Notes under the pieces: generated by a model
Databases searched by the model: none
Told to the model about the DNA's origin: nothing
Seen by the model: only the letters and a program-made list of their open reading frames with translations
Position numbers and translations under genes: made by a program
IMG/VR virus record: IMGVR_UViG_3300013426_000014
Span: 1 to 64,000 of that record
DNA from: a virus
Taxonomy: Duplodnaviria; Caudoviricetes
Direction: 5' to 3' (one strand)
DNA length: 64,000 bases
Shown here: positions 22,083-32,981 of the stretch, piece after piece
How positions within the stretch are numbered: position 1 is the first letter of the stretch
Layout of the letters: every line of letters starts with the position of its first letter

Positions 22083-23237
22083 TTATAACCGCTCAACAAT
22101 ATACATATATTCGTTAAGCTTTCCCGACTTGTTGAAATGTGATTTTCGCGTGTTTACCGGAAACTTGTCAAATTTTGAGAAAGAACCGGCGATTAAATAC
22201 TCATAGTCCTCCCTTATTATCACACCGAGCGTCCCCGCCGACGATTTTTTCCAATTGTCAAACACTTTCTTCATCAGTGTGTCATATTCGTTTCCTGTGA
22301 AACCGCCACATTCATATATCTCCGTGTTGCCGTACGGCGGGCACATGAAAACCGCATCGCAATCGGACGGTATCTCGAAACCCGCGGCGTCACGTTCATT
22401 GATATCACAGTCAAAATCAAGGTAATCACACATCCGTCGGACGTTCTCGACCGTATGGTGGCTCAGGTCGTTGTACACATAGCCGCATCCGGCGGCGGCG
22501 AATCCGATCAGATGGTGACCCCATCCGCCGAACGGGTCCGCCACCTTCTTCAAATGATATTTTTCCGCGAACCATTTTGTCCACAATGGCGAAAAATGTG
22601 AATATGACCGGTATATACCGGATTTCTTAAAACCTTGAAGCAGTATGCCATCTGTCAACGACTCCATCGGTAAATCCAAGTATTTCATCCTGTTTTCAAT
22701 CAACGTCCGGCGGATAACCGCATCTTCAGTGAATAACTGTCGCTCTTTCGCGTAAAATATCTCCTGTTGAAAAAACAGGACGATCTTGTTTCTGTTCGGC
22801 ATGGCGGACAAATCACCGGGCGTCGTCTTGAACATATTATATTCATCACGCATTTCCTTATACGTGATTTCCAAATGAAGTCCGTCTTTTATCTGATGTT
22901 CAAACACACGTTCTATCTTCTTTTTGACTGGTTCTTTCTTTTCGCGTTCCGCCGAACCGGCCAGATGTCTCGCACACGACAAGCAGCAGCACCGATCATA
23001 TCTGAACCTGTACTGTTTTGTCGGTTTACCGCACACCGGACAAATCCCCTCATCCGGTTTTTTAATATATTGATTGTAATATTCTTCATACAGAGAGTCA
23101 TCATCACCGAATCCATGTGATTTCTTGAGATGAACCGATAACGCGCGAAGACTTTTGAACATCCTGCCGCATATCTCACATTTCAGTGATCCTGTATGTA
23201 ATGAGAAATTTCCTGTCTTATTATATGTCCTTGCCAT
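22083..23237 (-). CDS. C2H2 zinc finger / Zn ribbon fused to an amino-type DNA methyltransferase domain
   Basis: CEICGRMFKSLRALSVHLKKSH, CPVCGK...CCLSC, SAM motif VADPFGGWG, catalytic-like MCPPY. Confidence 0.7.
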   Translation of the reverse strand: MARTYNKTGNFSLHTGSLKCEICGRMFKSLRALSVHLKKSHGFGDDDSLYEEYYNQYIKKPDEGICPVCGKPTKQYRFRYDRCCCLSCARHLAGSAEREKKEPVKKKIERVFEHQIKDGLHLEITYKEMRDEYNMFKTTPGDLSAMPNRNKIVLFFQQEIFYAKERQLFTEDAVIRRTLIENRMKYLDLPMESLTDGILLQGFKKSGIYRSYSHFSPLWTKWFAEKYHLKKVADPFGGWGHHLIGFAAAGCGYVYNDLSHHTVENVRRMCDYLDFDCDINERDAAGFEIPSDCDAVFMCPPYGNTEIYECGGFTGNEYDTLMKKVFDNWKKSSAGTLGVIIREDYEYLIAGSFSKFDKFPVNTRKSHFNKSGKLNEYMYIVERL

Positions 23238-24282
23238 TGTCTGTGCCGATTATATGATGAACACCTTTTGAATCACACTTATAGTTCTCTTGTATATACG
23301 CGGGAATTTTATTCAAATCTATGTTATTGAAAATTTCCAGATAATTAAGATTATTGTCCGCGGCAGTTTTTCTTTTAGCCGGATCGCTTTCAGTCCAGAC
23401 TTTTAATGCGGTTATATAAAATTTACTAGACAATGACTTGTCTTTCCATATATTAAATTTTTCAGTATCGTTCTGAACATCATATGGATGTTTTCCGTGT
23501 GTCCACATACCGTTTAGTTCTATGTAAAGATCCAATGACGGTATATAGAAATCACAGGAATACGGGTAATCGGATGATCTGTATTGTCGAATAACGTCCG
23601 GATATTGGATTAACAACAATTTGAATAATTGTTCTTCTTTGCTTGATACGTTAAACGATTTATTTTTCTTTTTTGTATTATAAGCTTTTTTCAAATACAT
23701 TGATGATTTTGCATAAGATTCGACGCCATATCGTTCTTTACATGTTAGATGCTGTTTGTTTTTGATATTCTTATTTTGTAAAGGGTATGTAACGCCATAT
23801 TTTATATTATTAATATATTTTATACGTTCTTTTATTATCTCAGATGCGAACGCGTTTTCCACACCATATCTTTCAATATTGGTTTTTTTAATCTTCTTTT
23901 GTATATCCAACGATTTCATTGGATTGTCGACACCATATTTTTTAATTGACGTGTCCTTTCTTTTTTGTATGACATTTTTATCGTTCGCCCCGCATTTCAT
24001 AGAGCAATATTTCATAAACGGCCATCCGTTACGGTTTCTATGAAATCTATGAGTTGCTTCAAAACGAACTTTGCCGCCACATATAGGACAGACAGGACGA
24101 GTCTCTATATCAAGTAATATTCGATAAAGCGTTTCACGCAAAGATGATGAATCATTATATCGGTTAATCAAATAATCATTGATATCCGGATGAAGTTCGA
24201 GTCACGCCGGTTTCATATAATTAGGATTTAACCATTGATGATCATTAAAAAATAAATTTTTGATATATTCATCATTTAACAT
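23221..24282 (-). CDS. Free-standing homing-endonuclease-like protein (Zn ribbon, YGV repeats, PD-(D/E)xK/Vsr-like domain, 1 TGA=Trp)
   Basis: CPICGG...YCSMKC, repeats KYGVDNPMKS/RYGVENAFAS/KYGVTYPLQN/RYGVESYAKS, YSCDFYIPSLDLYIELNG. ATG 24282 is reached through one TGA. Very AT-rich. Confidence 0.8.
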
Positions 24283-24370
24283 TTCAATGTTATTGTATCT
24301 TTTATAAATTATATAAAAGAATAATAAAATTTATTCTATTGTACATTTAATTTATTCATATTAATAAAAT

Positions 24371-24399
24371 AAAATGGACGGATTTATATCCGTCCATTT
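24371..24399 (-). terminator. Terminator after major capsid gene
   Basis: AAATGGACGGAT-ttat-ATCCGTCCATTT hairpin about 25 nt after the TAG. Confidence 0.8.
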
Positions 24400-24422
24400 A
24401 TCATTTTTAATCGTATTACCGA

Positions 24423-26180
24423 CTAAATCAAACCACCATTCGTTTTAACGAAGTATGTGAGATACTGAGTCTCTGGATAGAAACCAGTCTCGATAAGCGC
24501 ATACCTGCTCTTAATCAAGATCTTAGGCGCCGCTGTGCCCTCTGATATCATCCTGACACTTTCAGCCATGATGTATGGGCAGAAGTTGAGACCCGGCTCA
24601 TCTTTGTCACCCTTACGGCCTACGAGAACACGCGTGTCATCGTATTTCATAAACGGATCTGTGTATATTGTCATTCCCGCCATGGTACCGACAGGGTAAA
24701 GGCTTCCGTTCGTCTGGTTGAACGTGTTCGCGATCGGACTGAACGAATACTGAGCGCCGAGCTGAAGGGCGGTAGCGAGCTTGTAGTTTGTGACCACGAA
24801 GTTCGCGGCGCCGCGACGGCCTCTGTTCATGATGACGTTGCCGGCAGCGAGAGCGCGGGCAGAGATTCTCTTAAGGATGGTATCCTGGTTCTCGAAGTTC
24901 GAGCTTCCGCCATACGTCTCGAAATCAGGGATGCTCATGCTCTCGTTCACAACCTTGCCATCCTCGAGATAAGCGTAAGGAAGGGTCTTCTGGTCCTTCT
25001 CCGGAGTGAGGTTGAGGTTGAGGTTGATGCCCTCAGAACGATTCGCCTGGATGTGGTTCTTCCAACCGAGCGCGAAGAGCCGTGAAAGGATCTCCTTGTT
25101 GATTGACTGAGAAAGCTCGTTGATCGCGGCGTTCTCGACCATCTTAAGAACATCAACACCCCACTGCTTCTGAAGGTCCTGAACCTGCTCCTGAGTTACA
25201 GCGACAGCAACTGAACGGGTCTTAACAGACACGAACTTCGTGAAGAGCTGCAGGCTCATCTGGCGGGCATACTGCTGCTCACCGGTCGCACGGTCCATGG
25301 CGTCATAGATCTTTGTGCCATCCATGAACGTGCCTGACCACGGGTCGTTGTCATTCTTGCCTGAACCAGTGAAGCCCTGAATCTGATCCTCGAGCGCGCT
25401 GATGAGACGCGGTGCTTTGAGCGTAACGCCCTCGGCGGTAACGGAACCGTTCGCGAAGATCTCGCCAAGCGACTTCTGTGTCGGGTTGGAAAGAACACGG
25501 AACATCGGATCAGCGGTAAGCCTTGAAAGACCGATGTACTGAACGTTTACGCCGTCAATCGTGATCTCGTCCGCCTTCGCGAGGTTCTCAATCGCCTCGT
25601 CCTTAAGTTCGGCAGTAGAAGCGTCAATCTTGCAGCGGAACGCGTGCGGAAGATCGAATGACTTATACGCGGTGTTCTTTCCCTTGTTCTCAGGATAAGC
25701 GGCGTTATACTGCGGGTTGGCGGTCTCTACATCGTAACCAGGGGTCGCGCCGTAAGGAGCCTTTGATCCGCTGTAGACGTAATCCATGAAAGGAAGAACG
25801 CCGGTAGGGCCGGAGAACGGAGTCGTGTTTACAAGGTCAAAGCCGACAGTGCGGGCAGCGACCTGAAGCGCCATCGGGAGGAAGTTGTTCCACTTATCGC
25901 CGGAGCCGAAGCTCTTCGCGCTTGTCTGATCCGCGCCAGTCGCGCCGGCGAACTGAGCCGGAACGGCGTTGCCGATACCATTTGTATTGTTGAGCGTCTG
26001 GAACGGGAAACTTACCCCGCCGACCGCCTCCTCGTTGAGGGCCATCGAGTGGTTGTGCGCGTACTGGCACATCCAGGCCATCTTCTCGCTGCCTTCATTG
26101 ACAGCGCCCTTCGTGATCTTCGAGATCATAGGGGACCAAGACTCTACGATCTTAGCCACGTTGACGTTATTTTTAGCCAT
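24423..26180 (-). CDS. Major capsid protein (T4 gp23-like)
   Basis: 585 aa. GFDLVNTTPFSGPTG, EQVQDLQ, INKEIL, RRGAANFVV, IYTDPF, FCPY, KSRYAL. 6 Trp codons, all TGG. Confidence 0.95.
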   Translation of the reverse strand: MAKNNVNVAKIVESWSPMISKITKGAVNEGSEKMAWMCQYAHNHSMALNEEAVGGVSFPFQTLNNTNGIGNAVPAQFAGATGADQTSAKSFGSGDKWNNFLPMALQVAARTVGFDLVNTTPFSGPTGVLPFMDYVYSGSKAPYGATPGYDVETANPQYNAAYPENKGKNTAYKSFDLPHAFRCKIDASTAELKDEAIENLAKADEITIDGVNVQYIGLSRLTADPMFRVLSNPTQKSLGEIFANGSVTAEGVTLKAPRLISALEDQIQGFTGSGKNDNDPWSGTFMDGTKIYDAMDRATGEQQYARQMSLQLFTKFVSVKTRSVAVAVTQEQVQDLQKQWGVDVLKMVENAAINELSQSINKEILSRLFALGWKNHIQANRSEGINLNLNLTPEKDQKTLPYAYLEDGKVVNESMSIPDFETYGGSSNFENQDTILKRISARALAAGNVIMNRGRRGAANFVVTNYKLATALQLGAQYSFSPIANTFNQTNGSLYPVGTMAGMTIYTDPFMKYDDTRVLVGRKGDKDEPGLNFCPYIMAESVRMISEGTAAPKILIKSRYALIETGFYPETQYLTYFVKTNGGLI

Positions 26181-26244
26181 AACTAAATTATGCTTTTTAT
26201 TTTTTGTCCGTTTCGATAAAGCGGTATGGTTATAAACCGCATTT

Positions 26245-26251
26245 TATTTAT
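26245..26251 (-). promoter_or_regulatory. ATAAATA late-promoter-like box upstream of major capsid gene
   Basis: Recurrent heptamer, followed by a GCGGT/ACCGC hairpin in the leader. Confidence 0.6.
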
Positions 26252-26276
26252 CGAGACGGTTTTCGCGGAAAAGCGG

Positions 26277-28049
26277 TTATCATCTTCTGTTGTAACCGTC
26301 CGCGGCCTCACCGACGAGCTTTATATAATCGCTCGAGTAAGGCAGTCCCGCATCTGCCGAAGAATTGTCGGTGATCTTAGGGAGAGAATTGACGTACGCC
26401 TCATTCATCAGCCTTGCCTCCTCCGCCCGCATCAGGCCGGAGTTCTCCCAAAAGTTGTCGATGTCGCGTTGCGACTCGAACACGCAATACTTCGCGCAAA
26501 TTTGCAGGTTCTTTTTCTGGAGATCGCTCGCGGACTCATACAGCTTCCTGTAATTGTCCGGCGCGTTCTTCAGCCACACCGGGGCGTCGTCGACCGTCTC
26601 GGTCAACGCGCCTTCCCACAACGCGTTCACCGCGTCCGGCGTCCATACCTGGTTCTCGTTCAACCATCTCGACACTTTGTCTTGCTGTGCCCTGTCAAGC
26701 TTCGCGAATTTACTGAACGAAGACTCGTTCATCAGCCCGGCATGCGGGTATTTCGCGACGAGCGACTCGTTTTTGGCCTTTTTCTTTTTTAGACCGTCGA
26801 TCAGCTCGTCGAGCTTGTTTCCGAAATCCTTCCTCGATTTCTCGATTCCGTCTTTCTTATCCTTTATCTCGTTTATATCGGTCACGGCTTTCTTGCAGCC
26901 GCGGTCTTTCTTGTCGCACTCAGACGCGTCCGGGGCATCGCCGCACTCGTCGACGTCGTCCTTTTTGTCATCCTTGCCGTCATTGTCGTTGTCATCGTCG
27001 TCCGTCTTGCTGTCTTGTTCATCATCCGATCCGGCCGAATCATCATCCTTGTACACAGGCTCAACGTCCTTCACTATGTCATCGTCTCCGTCATTATCGT
27101 CGAAATCGGCGCGGACGTCAATGATCTTAATATCGTCAGACAATTCAGCTGAATCGTCTTTCTTTTCGACGGACTGCCCGGCATCACCGCCTTGCCCGTC
27201 GTCCGCCTTGTCATCCTCGTTCGTCTTCGACGACACGATCTTCGACGGGTCGAACTGGTTCGTCGATCCTTTCACGTCAAGCGGCTTGTTCAATGTATCA
27301 TCCGGATTAACGGACTCTGTTATGGGTCTGGTCATATCTTCGATGTTATTTTCATTAAGTTTCGCCGCGGCGATCGCCTTCGCTTCCGGCCGTATGTCAG
27401 GATTCGCCTTTGAGTTGAGTATCGAATAGCTCTCGTCCAGGCCGAGCTGGCCGGCGACTGACATCGACTCCTCCGCGACGGCGGCGCGACAGAAATCTCT
27501 CGCCGCGTCCGAATACGCCGGAGCGTCCGCGGACTCGTTCACCCTATGCAGGACTGCATCCTCGAAGCCCGGTTTTATCACGACATCATACGTGAATATT
27601 TGCTGTATATCAACGATGTTATCCTTACCGACAGTGCCACTGGCGCGGGACGAAATGCACAACGGCATCCCCTCATCGACAAGTCCTTTAAGCAGCTTTC
27701 CGTTAGGCGTGTCGAGCAGTTCAATTTTACCCATGACCTGATTCGTCTCCGGCTGGTACCATAGATCAAGGATGCGGTGTGACGCCTCCTTAATGTCAGT
27801 CTCGAACCTGTCCGCCGGATGACCCGGCTCGCCGAGCATCCATCCCTTTTCTGGATGGCGAAGATCGTCACGGAGATACTCAAGGTGTTTAAGATACTCC
27901 TCCTTTGGGTATATGCGCTGGTTCCTGTTTATCTTGTCCAGCGTCGCGACCGGCCCCTCGAGGATATATCTGCCGGTGTTTATTTTTTCTGACTCGTTGA
28001 GGCGGAGCTGATCCGCGTTCTTTGAGCATATCATCAGACTTTTCATCAT
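26277..28049 (-). CDS. Prohead protease (gp21-like) with long acidic scaffold-like C-terminal extension
   Basis: ILEG...NRNQRIYP...LGEPGHP...SHRI...LLDTPNGK...ISSRASG...TYDVV..PGF..A. Ends TGA-TAA (terminal Trp or double stop). ATAAATA at 28074-28080. Confidence 0.92.
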
Positions 28050-28087
28050 CTGCCGTTGTTTTTTATGCTAATGTATTTATTAGCAGG

Positions 28088-29209
28088 TTATACGAGCGGG
28101 GTGAGCCGTTTTCACCGCCCGTCCGTCATCCGTTCGAGAATCTTCGGGTCCATCACATAATACGTCCCGCCGACGCAAACGACGAACGTAGTCCACGGCG
28201 TGTCGGTATGCAGGCTGTTGTTGTCGTTGACCGTAAACATGCCGCCGAGGTCGGACTTCTCCTCTCACCCGTCGATCAGGTGGTCCATCGCGGCGCGGAC
28301 GGAAGGCTTGTAAAACTGCCTGTATTTCCGGAGTGCTGACCATGTCATATACCGAATATAATTCGGGGCACCGTTCCAGTTCAAGTAATTGTTGTAATTC
28401 TGAATAAACACGCCATCATATATGTCAAGCTCATCCGACGAAGGATTAGACAGCATGCCGTAATTTACCATTATCCTGACCGTCGACGGCGCATCCGGAT
28501 CAACGTCGCGGAGTCTGATGTTCTGCATGATATCGTCGAAGAACACAGTGAACGGAACGGTGTCGCTGTATCGCTTATATTTGGCCGGACCCAGCCGGAA
28601 TATGAAATCGTCTATTCCCCTGATGGTAGGGAATCCATTCAGACTGTCAATTTTAAGTTTCTTGTCCGACGTTCACGATCCGATCTCCAGCTGCCGGACA
28701 GAATCAAGCTCACTGAAACACGGCGTCAGATCCGACCATTTGAAAATTCTCGTATCAACGCGGATGGAAAGTTCCCCGTCCTTGTAACCACTGCAGTCGA
28801 AGCAGTCGAGTTTCAGACCCGGATACATACCGGTCACAGATCCTTCCGGCATCGCGTACAAGCTGCCATTTACACCGAATTTAACAGACTTGAACAAGTT
28901 CATCGTCACCTGCCCCATGCCGATCTCGTCTGCAAAATCGCTGTCCGGTATGACAATGCTCATGTGATATCCGTCCGGCTCCGCCGTCACACGGACCGTA
29001 TCGTCGATGAAATTCCGCGTGGCTTCAGATGTGGCGTCTCAGTCTATCGCGAAAATGTTATATGCCGCCCATTTCTTTATATCGGCGATCCGCTCCATCA
29101 TTGCATTGACGTCCGCGTCGCTGAACGTTTCAGTGTAGTCTGTATCCGATATGTCTGACAGGTCAAAACCCTCGGACAATTTATATATGCGGACTTTATT
29201 GCGTGTCAT
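28088..29209 (-). CDS. Acidic-cassette / LRR-like family protein (373 aa, 4 TGA=Trp)
   Basis: KLSEGFDLSDISDTDYTETFSDAD cassette, IDSLNGFP repeat remnant, one frame from ATG 29209 to TAA 28088. Confidence 0.75.
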
Positions 29210-29224
29210 ACGATAATTCTTATT

Positions 29225-31192
29225 TTAACCCCTGAACTCAACCTCTCTTTTCGGTATATCAATGTCGCGTATAATCTCATCAAGTTCAGCGTCAGTGATG
29301 TCATGATTGATTTTCCATGACTTTTTCGAAAACACTAAATGATTAAATTTCCGATTCAATCCATCTTGACACAACGGCTGTATCTTTCTATAAAATACAA
29401 TCGGCACATCTATATAACATAAATTCACCTCACCTGCAAATAATGGCAAACCGGATCCTTTCATTTTAACATTTTCTACTCCATAATATGTAAAGACACA
29501 AAATTCAGAACCGACTGTCTCGGGACATCCGGTAAAATCGGTCGGATACTTTGATTGACGTCTTTTGAATATTATTTCGAAATCACCGGTAATTTCAGAC
29601 GGACATCCTTCTAAAGAACGTATATCAGACTTATCATTATCTACCTTCACATTACCAACAACTTTATACGGCATCCCTATAAAATTGCCGTTTTCATTTG
29701 GTTCTGCATTCAATTCGAATCTATCCGTATTTGCAGATACCGATATATATTCTCTCGCTGTTATAATCGAATCCGTTTTTGGCGTAATTCAAATTCGTAT
29801 ATTCGATATTCCAAGTTCATGTCTATCTCCGCCGAATAAAATACAAGGATCGATATACAATTCATTGTTGTTTAACGTTGTCATATGAACAAGCGCGTTA
29901 GAGGAAAAATGTATAATTATACAACTTTCGGTTTTTTCAACGTCAAATTCACCGTATAGCTCTTTTTTTTCGGTGATTCGTTTGATTTTCCTATACATTT
30001 TTTCATTGTCAATAACCATAAATCCGCATCGTCGACTTGTACCAGCGAATGCCTGTTTAATGATATGCTTTTCCTTCTCCATCTGATCAATATCACTGAA
30101 CGTGTCGGTGTAGTCAACATCTGACATATTCGAGAAGTCAAAATTCTCATTCACTTTCTTCCTCGTCGGAGTCGCCGGGTTTTTCTTCTGTTGATTCAAA
30201 CCTCATTTTCTTCCGTTGACGGTCGACAGTCTCGATATCACTGTCGATTTCTTAAGGAAATTGTTGTAACAATTAAAATCACCACCGATATATTTCGGCA
30301 TACCGACAAGTGACGTCAGGCAATTGTTCGACACGTCACAGTTGCCGTTGATCCTTTCCGGTGATCCAGACAAAGATTCAAGCATGTTGTCATCGACAAT
30401 AAACCTATTAATTTTTGGGTTTCCCGACAGGTTGATCCCGTCGAGATTCCGGAGTTTATTACTGCCGAAATCGATGTCGACGCCTCTGACTGAATCCGAT
30501 TTAAGCACGGGCATTCCCTTTATAGACGACAATCCGCAGTTCGTAAACGAGATGTCACTGCATATCTTTGTCGGCAGACCGGTCAGATCAAGACCAGACG
30601 GAAGGTTATTCCAACCATTGACGACTGTCTGGTTGTCATTGAACCAATTTGAATTACGCAATCCAATATTGACACTCAACCTCCCGTTGATTGTAACCGG
30701 GAACCCGCAGAATGTCATCGGCGGGCACGCATACCAACTATAATTCGTGACGATGAAATCACCGTCGCATATGTCGAACCGTATATAATCTGGAAAATCG
30801 CCGCCGGTTCACTTGTTCGACCCTGAACCTTTCGGATCAGTCGCGTCGTCGACGATCTGAACCCGCCTGCCGTTACGGAATGATTCAGATACGCCAAAAT
30901 AAAATCGCGCCGTATTATTGACTGGTGTATGTTCATCAAACAATATGCTAATCATATGTGACGACGGATCAATGACATAACGGCCAGAATAAGTAGTCAT
31001 ACGATCAGCATTATAATCGGAGACTTTGTCAAACTTGATATGCTTATCACACCATTCCTTTATCAATATTATCGTGTCGTCCATGTCGCTGAACGTGTTT
31101 GTATAGTCGGTGTCAGACATGTCAGTGAAGTCAAAATCTTCGGTTATCGATCAAGAATCCAGACACTGGTTATGATTCAATATATTATCCAT
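29225..31192 (-). CDS. Acidic-cassette / LRR-like family protein with two tandem units (655 aa, 4 TGA=Trp)
   Basis: Four track ORFs share one frame. Cassettes SITEDFDFTDMSDTDYTNTFSDMD and KVNENFDFSNMSDVDYTDTFSDID. Repeats LSSIKGMP, LESLSGSP, LTSLVGMP, IRSLEGCP. Confidence 0.7.
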
Positions 31193-32264
31193 TTTTCTTT
31201 GTTATTCATTTATACGCGGGATCGCCGCCGTGATTATCGATATAAAGTTTCGCCTCGCCGTCCAGCAGCACTTTCGGACCAAGAATTGACTCGAGCTTTT
31301 TCTTATCGGTGTTATCGCGAGAAACCATTATGTCGTTCCGGAACCTATTGAAAATATTCTTCCTGAGTTTCCTGCCGATGTACAAAAAGCTTGAAACCGT
31401 CACGATATTATTCCGCGACACAGGCGTTTTATTCCGAAGAATCGACGATCCTCTTATTATAATAGTCGCTGCATCTATATCCGCGTCTATATCACACAGT
31501 CTATACAAATCATCTTCTGCGAAAGGATTAATCTCAATCGTTTTAACCCGTCCCGGCGCGCCTTTAAGCGAGGATAACATAACGTCGTCCAATTGAAATA
31601 CGCTGCATTCTTTCGGTGATCCGAAAAGGTTGTCCATCATAATCGGACCAGCAGAGACGCCATCCAGTTCACAGTTGCACAGTCGGATTTCGCCACAGAT
31701 TTTCGGCGATCCGATAAGGCTGAACACACCGGAATTCCTGTCATCAACAGAAATGCAGACACACATACCGCAACTGTCCGTTCTGTATGTTCTGCCTATT
31801 CTATTGTCAAATAACAATGGGCATCCGATCATGCCGGTAGAAGGATTCGTATACACATTAAAATATTGACAATTATTATTATACACAAACTTGTATTTTA
31901 ATCCGTCAGGCGATATACCACTACATATGCGGCGAACCTCCCCATCGGACAAATCAAGCAGCAGTTTGAATGCGTCGTCATATGATTCATCCACGCCTAT
32001 GCGGATATCGGTGTAATCGTCGATATCATATCACAAGACGTCTTTGACCGCCTGATCCCGCAGTCTCATCATACCCGCCGGATAATTCAATGTTGAATCG
32101 GTCATATTTGAAAATACCGCATCCAACGGTATCACGTACATGTGGTTTATTATCGCCTTCACTGCAGATTCGTACATGGATATGTAGTCAATGTCAGAGA
32201 ATACGTCCGTGTAGTCGACGTCCGACATGTCAGAGAAGTCGAATCCCTCGTTTATATATGTCAT
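31185..32264 (-). CDS. Acidic-cassette / LRR-like family protein (2 TGA=Trp, alternative start 32279)
   Basis: YINEGFDFSDMSDVDYTDVFSDID cassette, FSLIGSP/DNLFGSP/LSSLKGAP repeats. The TAA overlaps the start of the next gene. ATAAATA at 32288-32294. Confidence 0.75.
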
Positions 32265-32348
32265 ATCGGTATAATACATATCTTTTGTATTTATTGTCAC
32301 TGAGCAAGAATACCGATAAATATGTCAGACAGAAATTTTTGTATAAGC

Positions 32349-32981
32349 ATGAATCAGAATATATTATACGTGGCGGCGGATTTCTCGATAGCAAAACCGG
32401 CAATCAGTACATTATATGGTGACGAACTGAAATTCGCGGTGTTTCCGCAAAAGATAGATTCATTCACAGAGGACCGTCTCAGGACGGTTGGTGTCGAGGT
32501 GACGAACAGGAACCTCGATCCGGTCGACACGAAAGATCCGGGACATATCATGGAGCTGACGAAACGTTACACGAACGCGGCGGATATGATAACAGCATAT
32601 CTGATGTCATTCGACGCGGACAAAATCATATTCTCATCAGAAGGACTTTCGTACGCGTCGAAAGGAAGGATGACACTCGAGCTCGCCGGTGCCAAATACG
32701 TGCTGTTGTCCGCGTTATGGTCCGCCGGCGTGACCGACATAATAACGTACAGTCCGACCACAATAAAGTCGACCGCCGGATGCGCCGGGAAGGGGAAGGG
32801 AAAGGACGACATGATAGCGGCGTTCAAGGCACAGGATCCGAAGAATGAATTCATGCGCAGGATGAAAGATAACGACACGTTCTTCCGCAAGAAGACCGCG
32901 TATATACACACAATAGACGACATCGTCGACTCATACTGATGCATGCGCACGATGGCTTCCAAACTTAACTTCGAGATCTAA
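32349..32981 (+). CDS. RuvC-like Holliday junction resolvase (1 TGA=Trp)
   Basis: AADFSIAKPA, SEGLSY, SPTTIK, GKGKDDM, DDIVDSY*C. Read-through ends at a TAA overlapping the next ATG (TAATG). ATAAATA at 32316-32322. Confidence 0.8.

Noticed and set aside
24423-24425. TAG-to-Gln recoding as in classic Lak phages
   Set aside because: TAG ends the capsid and tape-measure genes just before terminators, and ends the exonuclease 2 nt before the next ATG. No gene needs TAG read-through.
28088-32264. Diversity-generating retroelement behind the variable paralogs
   Set aside because: No reverse transcriptase in the window and no near-identical template/variable pair differing only at adenines.
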